Positions 56,253 to 64,000 of a DNA stretch of 64,000 nt are shown here, in pieces; position 1 is the stretch's first letter, and each line of letters opens with the position of its first letter. The stretch comes from a candidate division WOR-3 bacterium (GTDB lineage: Bacteria > Hydrothermota > Tepidihabitantia > SM23-42 > CAYGYG01), in NCBI GenBank assembly GCA_965648915.1, contig CBFGIV010000001.1:96001-160000 (forward strand). Reading direction: 5' to 3'. Below the pieces are notes generated by a model. The model saw only the letters and a list, made by a program, of their open reading frames with translations. It had not been told where the DNA came from and searched no databases. A program made the position numbers and the translations under genes.

Positions 56253-56263
56253 AGCGATATAAT
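56235..56263 (+). promoter_or_regulatory. Consensus sigma70 promoter of the TPR/ExeA cluster, with its -35 inside the ftcd 3' end
   Basis: TTGACA-N17-TATAAT. Confidence 0.7.
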
Positions 56264-56290
56264 GTATTGATGGTTTAAAAGGGGTCATTT

Positions 56291-58084
56291 ATGCCAGAAG
56301 ATATGCTTAGTAAGGCAATAACATATTTTAAGGAAGGTGCTGTTGAAAAATCGTTGATGGTATTGATGAGATACTTGAGTCAAAACCCGAACGATCCTCG
56401 GGCTTTGGAGTTGCGTGGCGATATTGCGGTAAAGGAAGAATATCGAGACGAAGCGGTTATGAGATACGAAAGGGCGGGCGAACTTTTTGCAACAGAAGGC
56501 AATTATGAACGGGCAATTATCTGTTTGGAAAAGGCAAATAGTTTAATGCCCAATCAATTAGAGCGTCTGGGGCGGCTCGCCAGTTTCTATGAATCTTACG
56601 GCCTGGGTAATGAGATGGTAAAGAGAATAATAAGTTATTGTGAAAAGGCATTGAAGAATGGCCGGGATGAACTAATTATTGATGCCTTAAAAAAGATATG
56701 TGATTTTGACCCGGGAAATTTAGAGTTGCGTTTTATCCATTGTAAGTTATTGACCATCTTAAACCGCAAAGAAGAAGCCCGAAGTGAACTTACAAGAATA
56801 AAGGCTTTAGCCGAAGAGCAGAAAAATCAGCCTTTAATTGATGAAATCATTAAATTTACCAATCAATTTGACGGTGGGGAAGAATTAGATCCGAAGAGCC
56901 GTATTGAGCTTGGTAATCTGCTCTTAGAAATCGGATCTAAAGAGGAGGCGGTTGTTGAATTTTTGCGGGCAGCAAATGATCTATTAAAGATGGGCCAGTT
57001 AGAAGAGGCCAGGAAGATTCTCAATCGTGTTCTGGAGGTTGATCCTAATAATCCTCAGGCAATTTCCGAAATCGAACACCTCAGTAGCAAATCAGCCCCA
57101 AAACCTGAAGTAGAAGAGGTTAAAAAAGAAAAAGAAATTGAGACCGAGTCAAAGGAGTATGTTGGTAGTGACTTTCTCAAGGATCTTATTGCTGAAGTCG
57201 ACACATTTCCGAAACAGGAAGAGGTTAAAGAAGAAGAACATGAAGAATTGAGTAAAATTCTCGAAATGGGCAAGATGCCTGAGAAACCGTCGATCGAAGG
57301 ACAGATTGCGGACATTGAGTTTTTATTGAAAGAGACCGCACCTGCTGAAAGAACTGAAATTAAAGAAGGATTGAATCAACTCTTTGAAGATTTTAAGAGT
57401 AAGATAAGATGGGTCGATGAGGATGTGGATAAGAGGCTGGACCTGGCCAAGGCTTTTTTTAATTCTCATATGTACGATCGGGCACTGGCCAATCTTGATG
57501 TGATTAAAACTGAAGATAGCAGGAAACGGGCTTTGATCACCGAAATGAAAGGGGCTTGTTTGGTAAAGATGGGGAGGTTCACTGAGGCATTGAAGATATT
57601 GCCTGAGGGCCTGGTTGCACCGATCGGTGAAAGAGAGAAACTGGGCATAAGGTATAATCTGGCTCTTGCCTATCAAGGGCAGGGAGATTATCAGAATGCC
57701 CTGATTCAATTAGAAAGGATTTTACGAACCGAAGAAAATTATCGTGATGCTAAGGAATTGTATGAATTGCTTGGTGGTACACTGGTTAAACCCGAAGGCC
57801 GGGCCGACCTGGTTGAGGCGACCCCGGAAATAGTTGAAGAGGAGCGACCAACAGAGAAAGTTACCATCATTGAAGAAGAACCGGTTGTGCCTGAAATTCA
57901 GGAGGAGAAATTACCAGTAATTGAGGAAGAACCGGTAGTATTTGTTGAGGAGAAAGAAGAGCCTCCGGTCGATTATTCGATAATTGAGGAAACACCAGAG
58001 AAGATGCCCGAGTTCGGTTTTGAAAAACCTGAGACAAAATTTGTTGAACCGAAAAGGAGTGAAGAAAATATTGTTTTCCTTTAG
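56291..58084 (+). CDS. Cytoplasmic TPR protein (SgmX-like architecture, divergent paralog)
   Basis: N-terminal TPRs, acidic linker, C-terminal TPR triplet (LFEDFK...EMKGACL...RYNLALAY...YRD), Glu/Pro-rich tail ending NIVFL. Confidence 0.75.
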   Translation: MPEDMLSKAITYFKEGAVEKSLMVLMRYLSQNPNDPRALELRGDIAVKEEYRDEAVMRYERAGELFATEGNYERAIICLEKANSLMPNQLERLGRLASFYESYGLGNEMVKRIISYCEKALKNGRDELIIDALKKICDFDPGNLELRFIHCKLLTILNRKEEARSELTRIKALAEEQKNQPLIDEIIKFTNQFDGGEELDPKSRIELGNLLLEIGSKEEAVVEFLRAANDLLKMGQLEEARKILNRVLEVDPNNPQAISEIEHLSSKSAPKPEVEEVKKEKEIETESKEYVGSDFLKDLIAEVDTFPKQEEVKEEEHEELSKILEMGKMPEKPSIEGQIADIEFLLKETAPAERTEIKEGLNQLFEDFKSKIRWVDEDVDKRLDLAKAFFNSHMYDRALANLDVIKTEDSRKRALITEMKGACLVKMGRFTEALKILPEGLVAPIGEREKLGIRYNLALAYQGQGDYQNALIQLERILRTEENYRDAKELYELLGGTLVKPEGRADLVEATPEIVEEERPTEKVTIIEEEPVVPEIQEEKLPVIEEEPVVFVEEKEEPPVDYSIIEETPEKMPEFGFEKPETKFVEPKRSEENIVFL

Positions 58085-58092
58085 GAGGTTTG

Positions 58093-58914
58093 ATGGGTTA
58101 TGAAAGCTTCTATGGCCTAAAATTTGAACCTTTTGCCAATCTACCTGATCCAAAGTTCTATTTTAATAGCCCTCAACATGCTATTGCGCGCGAATATCTG
58201 ATGCACGCGGCGCGGGGAACCAGAGGTTTGGCTGTGCTTCTGGGGGAGATTGGAACCGGTAAGACAACCCTGGTTCGTAAGATATTAACTGAACTGCATT
58301 CTTCGGGTAAATTTCAGGCTGGCCTTCTGGTTCTGACTCATGCCAGTTTTCCAACAGGCTGGGTGCTAACACGCATTGGCAATCTCATTGGCCTGAGAGA
58401 TTTTTCTTCATCACCAACTGAGATTATATCCCGCATCTCGGATCGACTGATGGAAATTCATCATCGCGGGGAAAAGACGGTGATTATTATTGATGAGGCC
58501 AATAAGATTAATGGCCCGGAAATATTGGAGGAACTGAGGGGGCTTTTGAATCTGGAGATTGCTGAAACTCGATTGGTGACATTTATCCTGAGCGGTTTAC
58601 CTGAACTTGAGACTTATCTAAGTCAAAACAAACCACTCTATCAACGCATCGCGATTAAGGTAAAATTACGGCCGATGGGTGCCGAAACGGTTAAGGGTTA
58701 TATAAATCATCGATTGAAGATCGCCGGCTGCGTAAAATCAATATTTACTGCACGTGCTCTTGAGCTCGTTGCTCGCTATTCAGATGGCCGCCCCCGACTG
58801 GTGAATGTGCTTTGTGATAACGCTCTGCTCGAAGGGTATGTCCAGCGTAAAGCCGAGATCGATGATGTGATAATCGAACGCGTTGTTGTCAACCTGGGCT
58901 TAAAGGTTGAGTAA
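58093..58914 (+). CDS. Stand-alone ExeA/GspA-like AAA+ ATPase, copy 1
   Basis: YESFYGLKFEPF..PDP, GEIGTGKTT, IIIDEAN, ILSGLPEL, QRI, YINHRL, GRPRLVNVLCDNALL. Confidence 0.9.
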   Translation: MGYESFYGLKFEPFANLPDPKFYFNSPQHAIAREYLMHAARGTRGLAVLLGEIGTGKTTLVRKILTELHSSGKFQAGLLVLTHASFPTGWVLTRIGNLIGLRDFSSSPTEIISRISDRLMEIHHRGEKTVIIIDEANKINGPEILEELRGLLNLEIAETRLVTFILSGLPELETYLSQNKPLYQRIAIKVKLRPMGAETVKGYINHRLKIAGCVKSIFTARALELVARYSDGRPRLVNVLCDNALLEGYVQRKAEIDDVIIERVVVNLGLKVE

Positions 58915-58915
58915 T

Positions 58916-60931
58916 ATGGACTTAAACGATACCAAGCGGAAGATTGCGGAACTCGAAGCCAAAGGGGATATCCCTAAGGCGATTGCTGAGTTAGAAAAGG
59001 CAATTACCAGTTTCCCGAACGACGGATCCTTATTTAACAAACTTGGTGATCTTTACCTGAAGATGAACAAGAATAAAGAAGCAATGGATGCTTACGAAAA
59101 GGGCGTAATCGTTTTTCGGGATGAGACTTACTTTCCCAATGCCATTGCCCTTTGCAAGAAGATCTTAAGAATTGATAAGGAACGGACCGAGATCTACCGT
59201 TACCTGGGTGAACTCCATAAAGAACTTGATCAGAAAGGTGAGGCGGCAACTTATTTCTTAGAATATGCAGATCAGATGATCAAACAGAATAAACTTGAGA
59301 CCGCACTTGAAATTTATACTAAGATAAAAGAGTTGACCCCCAATAATCCCCGGATTGTTACACGTATCGCCGAGATTCATAAATTGCTCAAACATGATAA
59401 TGAAGCGGCTGTGCTCTATAAAGAAGCGGCGGAGATTTATAAAGATCAGGGTAAATTGAAAGAGGCGAAAGAGATTGAAAAGGAGGTTGTAAAGCCAGCG
59501 CCCAAGGTCGAGATCAAGCCCAAACCCAAGATTGATATTGCTGAGACCGAGAAGGTCAGTCTGGAGACACTGGTGTCACCAGAGATTGCTAAATTATTAG
59601 AAGCCGAAGTAAGTGAAGAAAAGAAGACAGAAGTCGAAAAAGAGACCGTAGAGCCAACGGCGACTGCTGAAACTGAAGTAGAAACACCGGTGGTTACTAC
59701 TGAGGAAGAAGAAAAAAAGGAAGAGAAGGTTGGCGTTGAGGAAGAAAAAAAGACCCCGGTTGAGGAGCCAATCTCAAAGTTATCAGACCAGGAACCAGTC
59801 TCAGCGGTCATTGAGGAGAAAGCAGAAGTCAAAGAAGTGGTTGAGGAAGCGAAAGAAGAGGTCAAAGCCGAAGCAACCATTACTTCAGAAGAGAAGAAGA
59901 TCGAAGAGAAAACAGAAGAAACGAAGGTTGAGGCGCCAGTTCAGGCTGAGAGAGAAGAGGTTGTAGAACAGGTTCAGACTATTGATGGTATGCTGGAACT
60001 TGCAAATCTTTATCGGAATCTGGGTAATATGGATGAGGCTTATGAATGTTATCGGATGGCTTCAGAAGAGGCGTTTAATAATAAAGACTGGGATAAGGCA
60101 TTGATGGTTTTTAAAAAAATTGTTGAATTCCGGCCTTTCGATTTGCGTTCCCGTCAGAAGATGATCGAAATCGCCCGCTATACTAAGAACAAAGAGTTGG
60201 AGATTGAGAGCACACTGGAACTGGCCGATACTTTGTTACGCCGTGAGGCCAAATCTCAAGCAATTTCTCTCTATAAAAAAGTTCTGACACTTGATCCAGA
60301 TAATAACCAGGCCAAGGAAAAATTGGCTATGTATGAAGAACCGGCCAAGGAAGAGTATATCGATCTCGGTGCGATCCTCAAGGCTGAAGTTGAAGAAGAA
60401 ACAACCACTCCTACCTCTCTCCAGAACATCAGAGATCTTCTCTCAGAATTTCGTAAAGAGGTTTTTGAAAGTATTGGTGAGGGCGACTATCATAGTCATT
60501 ATGACCTTGGTGTCGCCTATAAGGGGATGGGACTATACACTGAGGCTATCGAAGAATTCCATATTGCCGCCAAGGACCGAAATTTAGCCCTCAAGGCATT
60601 TGAGATGATTGGTGCCTGCCTGATTGAAAAAGATAAGATCGATGATGCGATTACGGTGATGGAAGCCGGTCTGCGTATACCGGACCACAAACCGGTCGAA
60701 TATTTTGGTTTATATTACCTTCTTGCCCAGGCCTACGAAAGCAAAGGAAATGTCAATAAAGCGGTTCAATTATATACCAAGGCCTATTCTCTCGACCCAT
60801 CGGTTAAAGAAGTAAAGGTCAAGATTGAGGGGCTTAAACACCAGGTTGCTGAGAGGAAGCCAGTGGATGTAAAAGAAGTAAAAGAGAGCGAAACTACCCA
60901 GCCCAAGAAATCAAGAATCACTTACCTGTAG
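58916..60931 (+). CDS. SgmX-like TPR protein with Glu/Lys-rich linker
   Basis: NKLGDLY..AIALCKKILR; acidic linker; LLSEFRKEV...DYHSHYDLGVAYKGMGLYTEAIEEF; ends KKSRITYL. Confidence 0.8.
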   Translation: MDLNDTKRKIAELEAKGDIPKAIAELEKAITSFPNDGSLFNKLGDLYLKMNKNKEAMDAYEKGVIVFRDETYFPNAIALCKKILRIDKERTEIYRYLGELHKELDQKGEAATYFLEYADQMIKQNKLETALEIYTKIKELTPNNPRIVTRIAEIHKLLKHDNEAAVLYKEAAEIYKDQGKLKEAKEIEKEVVKPAPKVEIKPKPKIDIAETEKVSLETLVSPEIAKLLEAEVSEEKKTEVEKETVEPTATAETEVETPVVTTEEEEKKEEKVGVEEEKKTPVEEPISKLSDQEPVSAVIEEKAEVKEVVEEAKEEVKAEATITSEEKKIEEKTEETKVEAPVQAEREEVVEQVQTIDGMLELANLYRNLGNMDEAYECYRMASEEAFNNKDWDKALMVFKKIVEFRPFDLRSRQKMIEIARYTKNKELEIESTLELADTLLRREAKSQAISLYKKVLTLDPDNNQAKEKLAMYEEPAKEEYIDLGAILKAEVEEETTTPTSLQNIRDLLSEFRKEVFESIGEGDYHSHYDLGVAYKGMGLYTEAIEEFHIAAKDRNLALKAFEMIGACLIEKDKIDDAITVMEAGLRIPDHKPVEYFGLYYLLAQAYESKGNVNKAVQLYTKAYSLDPSVKEVKVKIEGLKHQVAERKPVDVKEVKESETTQPKKSRITYL

Positions 60932-60996
60932 TAGACGCACGGTAGACTTTCATGAAGAAATTATCTGTTAGAGCACTAACTCGATAAGGAGGTCTG

Positions 60997-61821
60997 ATGG
61001 ACTACGAGACTTTTTATAAACTTAAGGAACATCCTTTCAGTTTTACCACTGACGAGAAATATTACTACAACAGTCCTCAACATTCCAAGGCGCTTATTAA
61101 ATTAGTTCATGCTGTAGAAAATGAGAAGGGATTGGCCGTATTGATTGGTGACATCGGGACCGGTAAAACAACCCTTTCCCGGAGGCTGCTTGACCATTTA
61201 ATCCAGAATGGTTATGAAGCTACCTTATTGGTGATAATTCATTCAGAAATAACCTCACTCTGGTTTTTAAAGAAACTGGCGTTGATGTTCGAAGCTGATT
61301 CAGGGACGGATGATAAGATCCAGATTATAACATCGCTCTATCACCGTCTTCTTGAGATCCATGAAAAGGGTAAAACGATCGTTGTTTTAATTGACGAAGC
61401 CAATATGTTACAGAGGCGTGATATTATGGAAGAGATTCGCGGTTTACTCAATTTGGAATCGGAGAAGGGCAAACTGTTAAACTTCATCCTTTTTGGATTA
61501 ACCGAGATGGAAGATTATTTAAAGCTTGATCCCCCCCTCTATCAGAGAATTGCAGTGCGTTGTATACTTGAGCCACTCGATTACGATTCTACCCTGAAAT
61601 ATATTACCCATCGATTAAAAGTTGCTGGCTGTGATCGGCCCCTCTTTACCAGTGGGGCAATAAAGATTATCCACAATAATTCACGCGGTATCCCGCGTTT
61701 GATAAATGCAATCTGTGATAATGCACTCTTAGAAGGTTTCCTGTTAAAAAAGGATGTTATTGAAGAGAAGATTGTGACCGAAGTATCGCATGACCTTGGA
61801 CTCATTCCCAAAGAAAGCTGA
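60997..61821 (+). CDS. Stand-alone ExeA/GspA-like AAA+ ATPase, copy 2
   Basis: SD AAGGAGG; YETFYKLKEHPF, GDIGTGKTT, VLIDEAN, QRI, YITHRL, GIPRLINAICDNALL. Confidence 0.9.
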   Translation: MDYETFYKLKEHPFSFTTDEKYYYNSPQHSKALIKLVHAVENEKGLAVLIGDIGTGKTTLSRRLLDHLIQNGYEATLLVIIHSEITSLWFLKKLALMFEADSGTDDKIQIITSLYHRLLEIHEKGKTIVVLIDEANMLQRRDIMEEIRGLLNLESEKGKLLNFILFGLTEMEDYLKLDPPLYQRIAVRCILEPLDYDSTLKYITHRLKVAGCDRPLFTSGAIKIIHNNSRGIPRLINAICDNALLEGFLLKKDVIEEKIVTEVSHDLGLIPKES

Positions 61822-62632
61822 CCTCCATATTCATACTTATTATTCAGATGGTCTTTTATCGCCTCAGCAGGTGATTGAATATGTTAAGGATAAAAATTTA
61901 AAAACAATTTCAATAACCGACCATGATGCGGTGGCGGGTGTTCAAGAAGCAATTGATCTTGCAGACCGTGAGGTGGAGGTTATTCCCGGAGTGGAATTGA
62001 GCACCATCTACCACGAAATCGATGTTCATATCCTCGGCTACTATTGTGACTACCAGAATAGCGAATTGATCAGATATCTGACCGATTTAAAATGTTTCCG
62101 CGAGAATCGAGTTCGACAGATGATTGAGAAACTGGCTAAATTTGGTATCAAACTGGAATACAACTATGTTTGTAATATTGCGCAACAGAAAGGTGTCCTG
62201 GGGCGCCCCCATATTGCAACCGCAATGAAAGAGAAGGGCTATGTCTCAACAATTGATGAGGCCTTCTACCGTTTTATTGGCTATCATGCTCCATGCTATG
62301 TTCCGAAGAAAGAGATTGAGCCCCAGGAGGCAATCAGGATAATAAAGCAATTTGGTGGTGTCCCGGTTCTGGCGCACCCTGGTGTATACGGGAGTGAAGA
62401 GATTATCCCCTTATCGATAAGATCAGGAATAGAAGGTATCGAAGTCTGGCACCCGGAACACAGTCGCACTTGCTGGGAGAGACTTCTCCAGATCGCCCGA
62501 GAAAATAAACTATTGATCACTGGTGGTTCCGATTGTCATGGTGGACGCAAGAACGGCCGTGTCCTGATCGGTGAAATTCTTCTGGATAACTCATATGTCG
62601 AGGCGCTAAAAGATCACATCCGGGCCAGGTAG
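61790..62632 (+). CDS. PHP-domain phosphoesterase (TrpH/YciV-like)
   Basis: DLHIHTYYSDG, ITDHD, GVELS, HILGY, GRPHIA, LAHP, GGSDCHG. Confidence 0.92.
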   Translation: MTLDSFPKKADLHIHTYYSDGLLSPQQVIEYVKDKNLKTISITDHDAVAGVQEAIDLADREVEVIPGVELSTIYHEIDVHILGYYCDYQNSELIRYLTDLKCFRENRVRQMIEKLAKFGIKLEYNYVCNIAQQKGVLGRPHIATAMKEKGYVSTIDEAFYRFIGYHAPCYVPKKEIEPQEAIRIIKQFGGVPVLAHPGVYGSEEIIPLSIRSGIEGIEVWHPEHSRTCWERLLQIARENKLLITGGSDCHGGRKNGRVLIGEILLDNSYVEALKDHIRAR

Positions 62633-62659
62633 CCTGAGGAATTTTTAACTCCAATTTCG

Positions 62660-63442
62660 ATGATTCAGATCCAAAATATTGATGACCGAAAGATCTGGGA
62701 TAGATTCTGGGCCGAGCGGAAGGTCGAAGATATCTATCCACCGGTTACTGATATTGTTAATGAAATCAAATCAGTGGTAAAGGATTTTCATCATAAGAGG
62801 ATACTCGAAATTGGTGCCGGGACTGGTCGGACCGGCTATCGACTTGCCGAAATGGGTGGAGATGTTGTGCTCTTAGATTACAGTGTTAATAGTTTGAAAC
62901 TGATGAAGGCATACCAGACGAGCGAGGGAAAGTATGTGAATCTGGTCTTAGCTGATGCACGCTCAACCCCTTTTTTTGCCCATTCTTTCGATATTATATT
63001 ACACCAGGGACTGCTGGAACACTTTAAATCGCCTTTTGTCCTATTAAGAGAAAATGTCCGACTTCTTAAACCGGGGGGTTATCTTCTGATCGATGTCCCT
63101 CAGACTTTTCATATCTATACCCTGATGAAACACGGTCTTATGTTAATAAAGAGATGGTTTGGTGGCTGGGAACGACAGTTTACTGTAAAGTCACTATGTC
63201 AACTGGTTCAGCAATTCGGTTTAAGGGTCGTTCATGTATATGGTGATTGGTCAAGACCCGGGATATTCTACAAGATTTTTCGGATCGGACTCGGGAGGTT
63301 GAAAATTGGCCTACCGATGTATCCTGGATATCTTGGCCGGCTAACTGATGAATTTTATAAATTGCAGAAATCTTTGAGGAGAAAGAAGCTGTTTCTCTAT
63401 ACCGTTCTTTCTGTAGGAGTAATTGGTCAGAAGGTTTGCTGA
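62660..63442 (+). CDS. Class I SAM-dependent methyltransferase
   Basis: ILEIGAGTG, LDYS, ADA..PF, GLLEHF, LLKPGG. Confidence 0.9.
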   Translation: MIQIQNIDDRKIWDRFWAERKVEDIYPPVTDIVNEIKSVVKDFHHKRILEIGAGTGRTGYRLAEMGGDVVLLDYSVNSLKLMKAYQTSEGKYVNLVLADARSTPFFAHSFDIILHQGLLEHFKSPFVLLRENVRLLKPGGYLLIDVPQTFHIYTLMKHGLMLIKRWFGGWERQFTVKSLCQLVQQFGLRVVHVYGDWSRPGIFYKIFRIGLGRLKIGLPMYPGYLGRLTDEFYKLQKSLRRKKLFLYTVLSVGVIGQKVC

Positions 63443-63461
63443 AGAACAGACAATATTTAAC

Positions 63462-63489
63462 TTGACATATTTAATTAAAGAGGTATACT
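63462..63489 (+). promoter_or_regulatory. Sigma70-type promoter
   Basis: TTGACA-N16-TATACT. Confidence 0.65.
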
Positions 63490-63549
63490 AAGGATAATTT
63501 CAATTTAAGGTAATTCGGTCTTTATTTAGAAGAGTTTCTTTGTGCGACA

Positions 63550-64000
63550 ATGATACAGAGATTGAAAATTGGTTTGGTCGGTTTTTTGCTCTGGTATGGA
63601 TGTGGAGATAATGAGCCCCCTGAAGTTCGCATCAGTTCACCAACCAATGGTTCAACTGTTAGCGATACCGTTATTATCAGCGTCGAGGCAAAAGACAATA
63701 AAGGGGTCAGGATTGTCGATCTCTACATCGATGATACCTTAAGGGGATCTGATACCTTAGAACCATTTACCTATCAATGGTTAACCGAATCACTCCCTGA
63801 TAGTTCAAAACACCTGATATATGCAAAGGCATTAGACCACTCGGAAAATGAGGCCGTTTCTGAGACAATTTCGGTAATAGTGTTTAATAATCTTGCTGGC
63901 TGTGATTTAAGATGGGCATACAATGTTGGATACTGGATGCGCTCTTCACCCGCCCTTGGTGCAGATGGAACTATCTATTTCGGCACCGGTGATGGCTATA
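63550..64000 (+). CDS. Putative lipoprotein with Ig-like domain and the start of a PQQ-type beta-propeller, 3'-truncated and absent from the ORF track
   Basis: Manual translation MIQRLKIGLVGFLLWYGCGDNEPPEVRISSPTNGSTVS...AKDNKGV...SSPALGADGTIYFGTGDGY; open to the window end. Confidence 0.8.
   Translation, partial: MIQRLKIGLVGFLLWYGCGDNEPPEVRISSPTNGSTVSDTVIISVEAKDNKGVRIVDLYIDDTLRGSDTLEPFTYQWLTESLPDSSKHLIYAKALDHSENEAVSETISVIVFNNLAGCDLRWAYNVGYWMRSSPALGADGTIYFGTGDGY

Noticed and set aside
59446..59880. 144-aa Ser/Thr/Phe-rich antisense ORF and the many other 60-145 aa overlapping ORFs in the track
   Set aside because: Shadow ORFs antisense or off-frame to well-supported genes (here the mirror of a Glu/Lys-rich linker); no recognisable motifs.
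58093..61821. AAA ATPases as transposon TniB/TnsC-type proteins
   Set aside because: The Y..FY.L...PF N-terminus and G.PR..N..CD.AL motif fit ExeA-like ATPases, and no transposase is adjacent.

Overview
A gene-dense 64 kb window from an AT-rich diderm bacterium. An LptD-like gene and several secreted proteins ending in FlgD-Ig/T9SS-like domains suggest an FCB-affiliated candidate phylum such as WOR-3; this is inference only. Housekeeping and metabolic genes include nadE, tldD/pmbA, deoB-cdd, crotonase/CoA-transferase/AlaDH-like, asnA, nnr, tatC, mce, two tRNA-Ser, gltX and hutI-ftcd. Five accessory observations stand out. (1) A self-contained sigma54 circuit at 28.4-39.1 kb: a Ser/Thr kinase-STAND-TPR gene coupled to a GAF-degenerate GGDEF-bEBP gene, then a palindromic UAS and a -24/-12 promoter in front of a secreted FG-GAP/beta-hairpin protein and a secreted gluzincin protease. 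(2) A tandemly duplicated cassette of SgmX-like TPR protein plus stand-alone ExeA-like ATPase at 56.3-61.8 kb. (3) A window-wide sigma70 promoter pattern: 13 of 16 recognisable promoters have a 16-bp spacer and six genes look leaderless. (4) An NTase-HTH module followed by 7-bp and 9-bp periodic repeats. (5) An AlaDH-like enzyme lacking canonical catalytic residues. No CRISPR array, rRNA, integrase or transposase was seen. All family assignments come from motifs recognised by eye, not from database searches.
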